DNA from: Azolla caroliniana
Taxonomy: Eukaryota; Plantae; Polypodiophyta
Reading direction: 5' to 3'
Assembly: GCA_043228905.1 (NCBI GenBank)
Contig: JBHGNT010000007.1
Coordinates: 8,246,001 to 8,310,000, forward strand
Length of the DNA stretch: 64,000 nt
In this document: positions 11,701-23,650 of the stretch, piece by piece
How the letters are laid out: each line of letters begins with the position of its first letter
Numbering within the stretch: position 1 is the stretch's first letter
Made by a program: the position numbers and the translations under genes
Notes under the pieces: model-generated
Seen by the model: only the letters and a program-made list of their open reading frames with translations
Told to the model about the DNA's origin: nothing
Database searches by the model: none

Positions 11701-12892
11701 GCGCGTGGTGGGCGAGTTTGGTGGGTCGAGGTTGCAGAGAGTCGTTAGGAAGTATGGGGGGCGTGGGTTGAGTGGTTGTGCTCGGGGAGGCTGGGGAGTT
11801 TTCGCCGAGGTGAGAGGTTGTGACAGATGGCATGGATAGGTCCATCGGGTGCTGAGTGTCGTGGAGGGCTGGTTCGGTTGTACAACTACGGGTGTGAGGG
11901 ACCATGGCCATGGTCTGAGGAGACATGTAATAGAACGTTCTAGACAATTCTTGGATTTCCTCGGGGGTGAATGCTCGTGCTTAGAATTCTTTTGTGCGTA
12001 GGGTGATATCTTCAGGTGTATCGATGGTGTCCTCGGCTGTCACGTGAGTGATCTGTGGTTGTTTGTGCGCTGATGGACGATCACGTTCGCCTTGGTGAAC
12101 TTGCCGTAAGAAATCGCGTTTCGGAATGCGGATGCGATCGGGTTGCCTTGGCATGGTTGTCTTGCGGCATCGTTCCTGGCAACGTATGAAAGGGGGAGGT
12201 GGAGGGCCGATGTTGAACTTGGCGCATAGGTAACGAGTGAGAAACCATGCAAAATTGGCGACTGTCTTGGGCCGTGTCTGCCATTCCCTGACTCGTCGGA
12301 CGAATTCGTGGGCCCATTGGACAGGTTGAGGATCATGCGCCCACTTGAGGAATTCACCACTGATACAAGCAATGGCGTCGGTGGAGGCAGTGTCACCGAT
12401 CTGGGCGATGGCACTACAACGATCGTGGAGGTGAGGGGGGATTTCAGTAAAACGCCACCCTTCACGTCCGGCATACTCGGTGGGGATGATGTTGGGGACG
12501 ACGCTGGGAGACCTCGTGGTGCGAAAGGGGAGTCCGTCTCCAGGCAATTGTAACGTAGTGCAAACATCGGTGACGGTGAACTGGAACCCGATCGGAGGCG
12601 TATCCGCGAAGGCAGGCATGCGAACATGACCGGTCTCGGGGTTGTAGCTAGTAAGGAACTGGTCGACTAGCTCAGGAAGTACCCCCCAAGGTCCGATCCC
12701 GAGGAAGAACTTAAGCCGTAGCTATGAAAGGGTCTCGAAAACGTTAGGCTCGAGGTATTTGAGTTGGGTGGTAGCCGTAGGCATCCGGTAGGTACATTGA
12801 GTGTTGTTAAACTCGGTTTGGATGACCAAGGAGCCACAACCAGCGTCCGGGTAGTATGCGTGGAGCAACTTCGTGAATGGGGTGGATGCCCT
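8764..12892 (-). pseudogene. Extra 3' ORF of the Gypsy element, now in pieces (11981-12619, 11594-11947, 9186-11594, 8764-9201): PMD-like N-terminus, coiled coil, Pro-rich linker
   Basis: Pieces join through single in-frame stops and two apparent frameshifts; motif LVDQFLTSYNPETGHV...FTVTDVCTTLQLPGDG. Confidence 0.7.
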
Positions 12893-13184
12893 TGATTATG
12901 ACCTGCAAGAATCACGATTAGTGTAGTCGTATGAGTGTACCAACGTTATGCTCCCCCTATAGATGAGTATAACAAGAGGGGACTTTACTTTTCTAGTTTT
13001 TATTTTATTGTATTTATGATTATTATTATTATTATTTTTATATATATTTATATAGATATTGATTGATTGATTTATTTTTTAATTTATATTTACTGATTAT
13101 TATTATTGAACTTTATGTTATTTATTTCTTGTTTAATTAATTAATTTTATTTTCAAAACATGTGTGTTCATTATGATTATTATT

Positions 13185-13217
<33 letters not shown>

Positions 13218-13219
13218 TT

Positions 13220-13710
13220 TCGACTCTTCGAACCGAGGGGACCGGCGCGGGGTTCGAGACTGAGGGAAATAGGGTTCGACGAGCCGTACTCCTCGAACCG
13301 TTGGCTGAGGGGCTGAGGGTTCGAAGAGTCGTACTCTTCGAACCGGGGCGCGGTTCAAGGAGTTGCGCTCCTCGAACCGGGGCGTGGTTTCGAACCGGTG
13401 GCTGACGGTTCGAAGAACCGTACTCCTCGAACCGTTGGCTGAGGGTTCGAAGAGCCGTACTCTTCGAACCGTTGGCTGAGGGTTCGAAGAGTCACGCTCT
13501 TCGAACCGGTGGCTGAGGGTTCAAAGAGCCGTACTCTTCGAATCGTTGGCTGAGGGTTCGAACCGGTGCGGGGCGCGGTTCGAAGAGTCGCGCTCTTCGA
13601 ACTGGTGGTTCGAAGAGAGAGGCTTGTCGAACCTCGCGGGAAGGGATCGTGGTCGTGGTGCCAAACGGTCCGAAGAGCCTCGCAAACCCCCGGGGTGGTT
13701 CGACGAGGGG
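13220..13710. repeat. ~37-bp hairpin tandem repeats (TTCGAAGAG-N5-CTCTTCGAA) between pol and the extra ORF
   Basis: Periodicity visible, e.g. 13446 and 13483. Confidence 0.85.
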
Positions 13711-14437
13711 GTTGTGGGGGCGGCGAACGTGCGGGTGGAGGAGGCCTACGGGGTCGTCAGCAACGAGAGGGCGACCGACATATGGCAAAGCCGTCGTGGC
13801 AGGCGGAGAGGGCAGTGGTGAGCATGGGGATAATAGGGTATGTGTTGGGAGAGGTCGAGTGAGAGAGGGGGGTTAACAAAAACAGGTTTTAAGCCTACCG
13901 AAGGAATGGTTACAGGCGGCGGCGATGATGAGCAACGACGCTCGGGAGGTAGGGAGGTGAGTGGTGAAGGAGAGAATAAGGGATAAAGGGAATGGTGTTC
14001 GTGAAGGGGAAGGAGGAGCTATGGAGAAAGGGAGGGAAGTTGTGAGGGGAAAAGGAGGAAAGAAAGAAAGGGTTGTGAGAGGTGTGTGAGGGAAAGGGGG
14101 AAATTGGGGAACAAAGGGTTGTGAGGAAAAACGTAAGGGGGGAGAGGGAAAGGAAAAAAATAAGAAATAAGAAATAAGAAATAAGAAAATAATTAAAGGA
14201 AAATAAAAATAAAAATAAAAAAGCACTGAAAAAAAAAAAACAACGAAATCAAAAAAAAAAATAAACTAAATTAAACTGACTAAAATAAATTAAAATTAAA
14301 ATTAAGAGTAAAAATAGAAAATAAAGTAAATAAATAAATAACTACATTAAAAATAAAAAATAGAACCGAACACAAGTCATAAAAGAAATTATAACTAAAA
14401 AGCAACGTAAGACCTAAAACGAAAACAACTATAACGA

Positions 14438-17230
14438 TCAAAATCGAAAAAAAAAACAACGAGAAAGAGAAAAAGGGTTAATACGTGGACCGAAGGGAAT
14501 TTTAGTGTTTATCGAGTGTGGCAACAAGGGTTGCAGGAGAAAACGAGTCGAGTGGTTGGTGATAGGCATGGCAAAAGGAGGAGGCGGATTTACTAGAGTG
14601 GGGGATGGACTAAGATTTGTGTGGGGACGGTGAGGTTGGGCGGGGACCCACTGAGAGATTTCTGAGAGTTTGGGCGAGTTAAGGGCTCTAGGGTGGGGTT
14701 GAGGTAGTGAGAGTGAGGAATGTGTAGTTCGAGTGTTGGTGGAAGGCTTTTGAATGCCTTTACACACCCAGACCTGTGGGGTAATTCTGTGTGGACTCCG
14801 ACTTCCTAGTTGCCGAGTCCGGACGGGGTCTATGGCCTTAACTTGGGCGGGGAATTTGGTCAATGTGTGTGGTTGTCGGGTGTCTCGTGCAGTTGTGATA
14901 TGATCGCGATCGGGTAGCCGGCTTCGTTTCGGGACCCAAAAGTGAGTGGCACCTTTGTGCCAACCCTGGGCGTTTGTGAGTTCCTTTCGGACCAGCCAAA
15001 TAGCACGTTCTCCGCGGCGTGATCCTTCGGCGAAAATCGCGTGGATGTTCACCCATTCACGTCGTGCAGATGTCTTGGTGTCGGTGTTAGTGTTTTTCTG
15101 AACTTGGGTGGTGGGTGGTTGCGCAAGCTCTTTTTGGGTGCGTGAGTTCATGCTCTGGAGCTCGCCGAGATTGGTAAGACTTGGTTCAAGAGTTGTTGTC
15201 ACGAGCTTCTCGAACTTCACACCATTTTCAGTTCGAAAAGAGACCATGTTCTTGCTTGGTGATAGGAGACATTCGCTTACGTGACACCAGTCCAACCCGA
15301 GGCACGGGGTGTACAATACTTTCGGTGGGAGGACCCGAACTTGAATCAAATGCTCAGTGTGTTGTGTCGTGATTTTACACACGAAAGCTCCCATGCAGCA
15401 TGATATAGAACCATCGAAGCCAAGGAAGTTGTCACTGCATGCTTCATGGTTTGGGGAACCTAGATGTTCCCACATTTCGAAGGAGAAAAGAGTTAGTGAT
15501 GCTCCGGTGTCGACCACTGCTCTTAGAGGTATGCCATTGGCGAAGCATGGGGGGTGTGTCGTCACGACATTAGGGTCTATCAACTTAGCTATAGCTATAG
15601 GGTGGGTGTCACTTTGTCTTTTTAACTTCGCTTGTGCATTGCGAAGGTCGGTTTCCAAGCGGGCCATTCGTCCTTCAGAAGCTTTGAGTTTGGCTTCTAC
15701 TTCTCGTTGTCGAGTGATGAGCAGGGCTTCGAGGGTGAGGGGTCCGTAGTAACGTTTGAGCTTGCTCCCATTGATGAATCCTGGGATATCGATTCCTTCG
15801 AGTGTGCGTATTCTACACGCTCCTGTCTTGGTGATTTCCGAGACTACATAGGGTCCTTCGCCCCGTAATTTGAGCTTCTTTTTGTGTCGTTGGGAGGTGA
15901 ATTTGAGAGCCATGTCTCCTTCAGCTAGATCCTTTTCCTTTACTTTGTTGTCGTGCCATGCCTTCCTATTGGCTTTCTCTGTCAAGAGTGCTTGGAATGC
16001 AAGAAGGCGAGTTTCGGTTAGCCGTTCCAAGTTCTCTAGGCGTGATGGGAGAAGGTTACCATCCCATCGTTCTTGGACGGCTATCCTGAGACTAGGGACG
16101 AGGAACTCGATGGGAAGTACTGCCTCCTGTCCATATACTAGCTTGAATGGTGTGTGGTGGGTTGCTACTTTGTAGGAGGTGCGGAAAGCCCATAATGCGG
16201 CTTGGAGTTCGATGCTCCAATCGGACCGAGAGGCCGCGATTATCTTCGTGAGTACTGTACATAACACTTTATTAGTGCTTTCTGCTTGTCCGTTGCAGCG
16301 TGGGTAATAGGGGGAGCTCTTGCGATGTGTCACCATGAACTCTCCTAGTAGGTGTGCAATCACTTCATTGAGGAAATGGGAGCCTTGGTCGCTAATGATC
16401 TCTAGTGGGCATCCAAACCGTGTGATGACATTTTCATATAGGAATTTGGCTGTGCTACGGGCGTCGGCATTAATGCAAGCTTTGGCTTCTGCCCACTTGG
16501 TAGCATAGTCAGTGGCGGTGATGATGTACCGATTGAGGTTGGAAGCTGGACTAATTGGACTGATAAAGTCAATACCCCATTTCTCGAACGGTTGCCAAGC
16601 TACCACCGAGTGTAATGTGTTGAAATCTACTTTTGCTGGGTGTTTGAAACGTTGGCACTCGTCACACCGGCGTACATATTCATATGTGTCTTTGAATAAT
16701 GTTGGCCACCATAGGCCGGACTGGAGGACCTTCCGTGCAGTGATCTCATGATTGAAATGACCGCTTCCATTCCCACAATGAGCTTGTTCGAGGACCGCAA
16801 TGACATCATGATCCGCCACACACCTCCGAAGTATATCATCGTTGCCTTTTCGATACAGGTTGCCTCTAAGCATCGTAAAGGGGCCACACTTTCTCAACAA
16901 GACACGTGCCTGTGCCCGACTTAGTTGCTTTAGGAAGTATGCTCCTTCGGTTAAAACGCGAACGATGTCTGATGCCCAGGATGGGATGGTGTCGATCGCG
17001 AATAATGCGGCGTCCGACGTTTCGTCGTCGACCCCCGTGGCTTCTTCTCCATTTGGTATTCGGGAGAAGTGATCAGCGAGTAAGTGATCCTTTCCTTTCC
17101 TCACTACCACCTTGAAGTCGAACTCGAGTAGCGTTACAATCCATCGTGATATTCGTCCAGTGGCGTGAGTCTTATTGACTAAGTAGAGAAGGGCTTGATG
17201 GTCTACAAAAAATGAGAAACGCGATGCCAA
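14438..17230 (-). CDS. pol: pol 3' part: end of RNase H, integrase (HHCC, DDE, GPY) and a C-terminal second aspartic-protease domain
   Basis: AHCG..GHF..C..C zinc finger; WGIDF, ISDQGSHF, NGQAE, EGPY; then VVDTGAS...LGLDW. Confidence 0.9.
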   Translation of the reverse strand: MASRFSFFVDHQALLYLVNKTHATGRISRWIVTLLEFDFKVVVRKGKDHLLADHFSRIPNGEEATGVDDETSDAALFAIDTIPSWASDIVRVLTEGAYFLKQLSRAQARVLLRKCGPFTMLRGNLYRKGNDDILRRCVADHDVIAVLEQAHCGNGSGHFNHEITARKVLQSGLWWPTLFKDTYEYVRRCDECQRFKHPAKVDFNTLHSVVAWQPFEKWGIDFISPISPASNLNRYIITATDYATKWAEAKACINADARSTAKFLYENVITRFGCPLEIISDQGSHFLNEVIAHLLGEFMVTHRKSSPYYPRCNGQAESTNKVLCTVLTKIIAASRSDWSIELQAALWAFRTSYKVATHHTPFKLVYGQEAVLPIEFLVPSLRIAVQERWDGNLLPSRLENLERLTETRLLAFQALLTEKANRKAWHDNKVKEKDLAEGDMALKFTSQRHKKKLKLRGEGPYVVSEITKTGACRIRTLEGIDIPGFINGSKLKRYYGPLTLEALLITRQREVEAKLKASEGRMARLETDLRNAQAKLKRQSDTHPIAIAKLIDPNVVTTHPPCFANGIPLRAVVDTGASLTLFSFEMWEHLGSPNHEACSDNFLGFDGSISCCMGAFVCKITTQHTEHLIQVRVLPPKVLYTPCLGLDWCHVSECLLSPSKNMVSFRTENGVKFEKLVTTTLEPSLTNLGELQSMNSRTQKELAQPPTTQVQKNTNTDTKTSARREWVNIHAIFAEGSRRGERAIWLVRKELTNAQGWHKGATHFWVPKRSRLPDRDHITTARDTRQPHTLTKFPAQVKAIDPVRTRQLGSRSPHRITPQVWVCKGIQKPSTNTRTTHSSLSLPQPHPRALNSPKLSEISQWVPAQPHRPHTNLSPSPTLVNPPPPFAMPITNHSTRFLLQPLLPHSINTKIPFGPRINPFSLSRCFFFRF

Positions 17231-17239
17231 GAGGTAATG

Positions 17240-18274
17240 TCAGAACTTTTTCACGCTGTAAACCATGGCTAAAGCTTCTCGTTCTGTTGTGGAGTAATTT
17301 TGTTCCGCGGATTTCAGCTCACTGCTAGCAAAGGTGATCGGTAGATCGAGTGCGCCTTCGCCAGGTTGCGCGAGGACTACACCAATTGCGAAAGCAGAAG
17401 CGTCAGTATGAACATGGAATTCTTTGTTCCAATCTGGGGATCGGAGGATGGGGGCTTTAGTTAAGCACTCCTTGAAGAGCTCGAACGAGCGGGTGCACTC
17501 TTCTGTCCAAGAGTACTGCTTGAGTAAGGCGTAGAGTGGTCTTGCCTTGTCTGCGAACATCTTAATGAAACGTTTGTAGTAACCCGCGTACCCCATAAAT
17601 CCTTGTAGTTGTTTCTCGTTCGTGGGAGGTGGCATGTCAAGAATGAGCTTTACTTTCGCCTCATCGGTCGAGATCCCATGTTGAGACACGACATGGCCTA
17701 ATATGAGTCCATGTTTGACCCATAATTGACACTTGAGAGGGTTAAGGGAGAGGCGATATTCCCTGCACTTCTCAAATGTTGAGCGGAGTAATGCTAGGTG
17801 AGCATGCTATTTTGAATGGCAACATAAATCGTCCACATAGGACTCCACTCCTTGTCGTAGCCTTGTCGCGAAGATGTGGTCTTCTGCCCTTTGATAGGTA
17901 CTCAGGGCACTTGTGAGTCCGAAAGGCATTTGTTTGTAAGAGAACGTACCAAATTCAGTAGCGAAGGCCATCTTATGTTGGTCTTCGGGCACTACTGAGA
18001 TTTGGTTGTACCCTGAGAACCCATCGATGAAGCTATACGCTTCTGCGCCGGCGACTCTTTCGAGTAAGTGTTTGATGTAGGGTACCGGGTAGTTGTCCTT
18101 GATGGTGGCTTCATTGACTTGTCGATAGTCGACACATATGCGGATTTGGCCACTCTTCTTCGGGACGACTACGATTGGGGAGACCCAAGTTGTGCGCTCG
18201 ATCGGGTAGATTATACCAGCGTCTAACATTTTAGTGATTTCGGCTTTTACTTGTTGGGCGTAGTTAGGGTTCAT
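17240..18274 (-). pseudogene. pol: Gypsy reverse transcriptase / RNase H with premature stops
   Basis: RICVDYR, DGFSGYNQI, MPFGL, YVDD, HTDAS, NYSTTEREALA. Confidence 0.92.
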
Positions 18275-18283
18275 TGGTCGTGG

Positions 18284-19915
18284 TCATTGTCGGATAGGGC
18301 GGGCGTCGGCTCGCATAGGGATACTATGGGTAACGACTTCAGCCGGTACACCTTTCATATCGACATACGACCATGCGAACACATCTCTAAATTCTGTGAG
18401 GAGGGCGGTCAAGGATGTCTCCTCGTCCAGGTGAAGATCCATAGCGATGAACACTGGTTTGGGGTCTACCCTGTTTCCGAGGTTGATTTCTTTCACTCTT
18501 GCTGGTCCGTCGCATGCTTCGCCAAGGGTGATTGGAGTGCGTTGCGGCCTCTTACAAGCCACTGCCCTACTCCCTTGTTCGTAGACTTTGAATCTCTCCG
18601 GGAAGTCTACTTTTGTCGAGGTCTTCTGAGTAGTCGTAACTTCTTCTTTACGTGTGGTTCGTTGCGGTAGGTCTTCGTCTTTTACATTGACCTGTTTTGG
18701 TTGGGTGACGAGAGTGGTGACATTAAAGCATGAGATTGTGTCTCCATCTTCATCGTGACACTTTGTACCGATGGGGTACATTGCATCGGTTGTTGCGAGA
18801 GCATGCACCCAATTCATCTCCGACGTGTCGGAAGCTACAAATTGATTCTCTGGCGCATTCTCTGTCCTAAGATTTGTGGGTACTTGGGGAAGTGGTTGAC
18901 CTCGGGTCAAGATCTGCACTGCCTTTGTGGGATTACATGCTAGGAGATTAGTCTCGAACTCGGTAGTTTCTGACCAATCATCCACGAGAGGGCTACCTTC
19001 TTGTTCATGAACTTTTTGCATGTATGCTTTGATGCGGAAGGTTTTGTTGTTTTTACGCATATAGATTGTGTCATTTCCAAAATCCATCACGAGGCGGCTT
19101 ACTCGTAAGAATGGCCTCCCTAGTAAACACTCGTAAGCCACATGATTGGATGATCTTGTGACTACGAAGATGAGATTAAACTCAACCCTGTGGATAGTGA
19201 AGTTGTGTGTGGGGATCATACCTTCGGGCCGTTGGATTGACCCATCTGCCATTCGGAGTTTGACGTCCGAAGAAAGCATTTTTGGACTCCCCCACTTACA
19301 CCAACATTCGTAGCTCACGATGCTCACTCCTGCTCCGATGTCGATGATCGCGTCACACGTCGTGCCGTTGACGCAAACAGGGAGAGTGAAACTGGTGTCG
19401 TCACTCTCAAAGTGAGCTTCGCATACTTCTATTGGTGTTCCGTTGGGTTGTTGTGGGATTGCGGTAGTACTCGGGATGTGGGTATGCATCTTCTTGCCAT
19501 GTCCTGCTAACAAACCCCCATTGATACGGCGAAGGACGTCGTGCCATGGTTGGATATCAAGTTTGATTAGTTCTTCAACTGTGAAATCCATTTCTTTGGC
19601 GAGTATAGGTCGTAGCTGGGGGTTGTCCATCACGAAGGTACCTGTGTAGTGTTGTACTTCGCGTAACGTGAGTCGTAATTTTAAATTTAATATTTGCTGG
19701 AGCAAGACTGTGTTGACCTCCTTGATTGAGGTAGGTTGGGAGATGGGGGTGTCGACCGGCGTTACGGCGGGGCGGGGTTTATCCGTGCGTTGAGGTGGAG
19801 GATTTGTCCATTCTTCAATCTGGTCGAAATTTAGGCTTGGGAGACCAAGTGACCCCTCGAACTGTTCGTGGCATATGAGTTGGATGTATTCTTCGACTTT
19901 TTGTTTTTCAGCCAC
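18284..19915 (-). pseudogene. pol: Gypsy protease region (catalytic motif reads DIG)
   Basis: VNGTTCDAIIDIGAG ... LLGRPFL. Confidence 0.85.
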
Positions 19916-22184
19916 TGGGTTTTGGTATGCTGCGAGGTGTGCTGGCAGTTCTTGATTAGGGTTGACCGGTATCGTTTCGTCATCTCCCTCCGGTTCTTAA
20001 GTTTGTTGTGAGCGCTGTATCGATGCGTTTTTTCTGGATTTCCGTTTCTTCCGCGAGAGTGTGGGGAGGCCCTGGTCGTGCAACTGTAGGTTATGAGCTA
20101 TTCTTTGAGCTCGTGTGATGACGTTGGCGCCAACTGTGGATGGTACGATAGATAGAAGATTTGTGCCAATTTTTTTCTTTTTTTCGGGGCAATCGGGTAC
20201 TAAGTGTTCTTTACCGCATCCTGGGCATGATGCTTCTCTTTGGAACCACTCGATAAGCTCCTGTGGGTGTTGGGCGAGGTTTTGTACCGGAACTTGTGGA
20301 GGTGTTTCGAGTGGTGGTTGTCAGGGTCGCTGCGCCATCCTGTTGTAGTACTCATGTTTGGTGGGGCACTCACTAACCATGTGTGGACCCTGGCAATTGA
20401 AACATTTCAAATCTGATCGTCTGAGACTATTATTGTTGCGATATCCCATTGACGGGCCCCTCTGCTCTCCTCTCAAGACGTACACTGGTATTTGGTCCCC
20501 TTCGAAATCTATGAAGTGGGAGAGTATCTCTTCTTCGACACCGTACTCTCGGTATGAATCTTCATAGTCGGGCATACCTCCCCCAGCTTGGGTTTGGGTA
20601 TCAACAGTGTATTCTAGTTCGGCGAGGCGAGCTCCGATGCGTGGTAATGGAGGTTGTTGGGGAAGTATTGCCGGGAGTTGCTGGTGAGCAAGCAGCGGTG
20701 GTGAACGTGGATGCTCGACCATTGGTGTTTGGCTATACCTTCCGTTTGGGGCTTGCCAACAGTTTTCTTGAGAGTGCATCACGAAGGCTTTGCACCATTT
20801 ACAGTATTGAGGTCTCCGTTGGTGGAGGAGGGGGCACTCATGCCCTGTGTGATGGCCATGGCACACCGCACACCTGACGTTTTCTCGTTGAGCGTATGCT
20901 TAGGGGCCTTTCCATCCGAGGTGATTTCGGCGGTGCGAGTGGGGCGGAATCCAAGGGCTTCTCACGGTTGTTTGTGGGGGCTTGGGTGGGTATCCGTAAC
21001 CCGCTCATTGAATCTTCGAAAGTCATCACTATTGTGCAAGCTTCAGCGAATGACCGACACATCCTGGCAATCAAGAAATTTTGGAGTGTCGGGTCGAACA
21101 ACCCGTTGATGAAGCGACTCATCAACTTGTCATCAGACATCTTGTCGCTTGGGCTACAACGATGGTGGACGCTTTTCGTGCGACGTATGTAATCTCTAAC
21201 GGTCTCAGTCGCTTCTTGCTTGAGGGCAAAAAGCTGGTCGATCGGGTTCCATTTATTCCCTCGACGAGCGAAGTTTATCAAGAAATCTTCGATGACGTAC
21301 TCGAAGTCAGCGACGATGTCTTCATTCAAGGTCCTAAACCAAATTCCAGCTTGGTCGTCGAGTGTAAGTCCGAATGCAGCCACTTTAGTGGTCTCGGCGA
21401 GGGGTTCATAAGCTCGGCATATTTGCTTGAACCTCTCTATGTGGTCGTATGCATCACCGAAACGAAGGAAACGGGGGACTAGTTTAGAAATGGAAGCGCT
21501 CTTCCCGCAGTCGTTTGTGGGGTTTCTCGAATTGTCGGCGGGCACTCGTTCTTTTTCCATCAATGCCACGAGGGTTTGGATGGATTGTAATGCCAATGCA
21601 AGTTCGGCATTCGGGGGTGTTGAGGTAGTTTGGTCTGGTGTGGGGGTCACTTCTATACGCGGTGGGGTTGGAGGTCGTCATGTGTGGGCTTCGTTCGGGG
21701 TGTTCCTTGTTGTGCTCGAATGTGGTGCGGGGCTGTGTTCGCGGTCCCGACGGTGCGTATGTGACGAGGCCTCTAGAATATTAAGTTTTTGTTGTACTCG
21801 CACAAACATGTCTTTCCTTTCTGCTAAAGCAGCTTCAATATCGCGGGTGACGCCTTTCGGTTGCCCTCTTTTTGCAAGTTGCACCGTCCATATGTTGATT
21901 TCTTGCTCTAGTGCGCGTAACTCCTGCATGGTGTCCCGTATGTGGCGCTCGACGCTAAGTGGGTCTGCTATTGGGCTCTCTTGTAGTGGGGGTGTGTCGA
22001 GGGGTGCTTTGTTTGTTGGGCTTGATAAGAGGTTCATGGTTGGTAGTGTTCCCGGGGTTAGCCACCCTCCATGGTACTGAGTCGGGTTAGATGGGTCAGC
22101 ACCCTGTATTTGGTTGGTTTGTGTAGACTCCTCTTGGCGTGTGGGTCGGGTTTTGAACATCCTTGTCCATGAGGATCCGGCCAT
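19916..22184 (-). pseudogene. gag: Gypsy gag (retrotransposon gag domain + CCHC knuckles), with stops and a frameshift
   Basis: LTLDDQAGIWF, LKQEATETVRDY, FINGL; CFNCQGPHMVSEC. Confidence 0.85.
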
Positions 22185-22289
22185 ATTCTCTTGTCAAGGG
22201 TTGCAGTTTTTTTTAATTTTTTTAAATTTTTATATGTTAAGTATTTATTTATAAGTGACTTTGTGGGTTTGGTGTGCTTTGATCTTTTG

Positions 22290-22780
22290 TCGAAAGATTT
22301 GGGTTCGTCGAAGGATGTGGGTTCGTCGGAAGATGATCTTTCGTCGAAGGATTTTGTCGAAAAATGATCTTTCGTCGACGGATGTGGGTTCGTCGAACTT
22401 TGATCTTTCGTTGAAGGATGAGTGTTTCTCGAAAGATGATCTTTCGTCGAAGGATGTGAGCTTGGTGAAGGATGTGGGTTCGTTGAACTTTGATCTTTCG
22501 TCGAAAGATGCAGGTTCGTCGAACTTTGTTCTTTCGACAAAGGATGTGAACTCGGTGAAGGATGTGGGTACGTCGAACTTTGATCTTTCGTCGAAAGATG
22601 CGGGTTCGTCGAACTTTGATCTTTCGACGAAAGATGCGGGTTCATCGAACTTTGATCTTTCGACGAAAGATGCGGGTTCGTCGAACTTTGATCTTTCGAC
22701 GAAAGATGCGGGTTCGTCGAACTTTGATCTTTCGACGAAGGGTGAGGGTTCGTCGAAAGATGATCTTCGATGAACTTTGA
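22290..22780. repeat. 36-bp tandem repeats in the 5' UTR of the Gypsy element
   Basis: TCGAACTTTGATCTTTCGACGAAAGATGCGGGTTCG repeated. Confidence 0.9.
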
Positions 22781-23082
22781 GCGGGAACTTTGAATTTTTT
22801 TTGTGTTCACTCTTGCCCTACAACGGTCAAATCTCAACTATACTTAGTGTTAACCGAACGAATAGCTTGCTAATGTTTGGGCGATTAAGGAAGGATAAAT
22901 TAAAAACGAAAATTAACTTAATTAAACTATGAAATAGTGAGCAAAAATAAAAATAAAAATAAACGGAAAATGGTGGTTCCCTTTCAATTTCTTCCCTCGT
23001 CAAGTGGGTTGCCTACGAGTGTTTGACTACTCGAAATCGGCTTCAAGCGGCGGTCGTATCCCCGGCAGCGGCGCCAAATAGA

Positions 23083-23650
23083 TGTCTGCGATCTATGTAT
23101 CGATGGAGTTAACTCCTCGATGTCGTTTGCGGAGCTCGGACCGGCATATACCCTTTTGATGGCGAATCGGGCGGAGGTAGTTGTCGGATACCTCCGAGCC
23201 TCACACTCACTTAACGGTTAATAGATTATTAAGCAAGATATCTCTCTCATTCTCTCAAGCTCTCTCTCATAGACAATAGATTAATAGACATAGGCAATAA
23301 GAAGGAAGAGTATGTTTATTAACCCTCTTAGCTAAGAGGTCTAGCACCAACAAGGAAGAGAGATTAGTGTTCTTTAATTAAACACTTCACTAATCTCTCT
23401 TAAACTCGAGGGTTACAAGAAGGAGGAGAGGAAACTCTAGTTCTAATCAATAGGAGCTCTTTACAAATGGGAGACCCTCACAAAGCCACCACTAGGTGGT
23501 TTATATAGCATTCACATTAAGGGTATGGGCTTTTCACACTTGGGCGTCCCTTAGCCTCTTTTCCTTTTCGTAGGTCCTTCAACGCTTACTACGTCCTTGT
23601 TGATGCGCTCTTCTTCATGAATGGTTGTGGTGCAATCCAAGCGCTTAACA
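23083..23650 (-). repeat. 5' LTR of the 15.6-kb Gypsy
   Basis: TG...CA ends, adjacent PBS. Confidence 0.95.

Larger units (their letters stand above)
8065..23650 (-). mobile_element. Full-length Ty3/Gypsy non-chromovirus LTR retrotransposon (Athila/Phygy-like), 15.6 kb, decayed
   Basis: 568-bp LTRs 8065-8632 and 23083-23650 (about 19 differences by manual count); TSD TTAAG; PBS TGGCGCCGCTGCCGGGGA at 23059-23076 (tRNA-Asp type); PPT after 8632; gag-PR-RT-RH-INT order. Confidence 0.95.

Noticed and set aside
22058-22837. 259-aa and 172-aa repetitive ORFs
   Set aside because: By-products of a stop-free 36-bp UTR repeat open on both strands; gag starts at 22184
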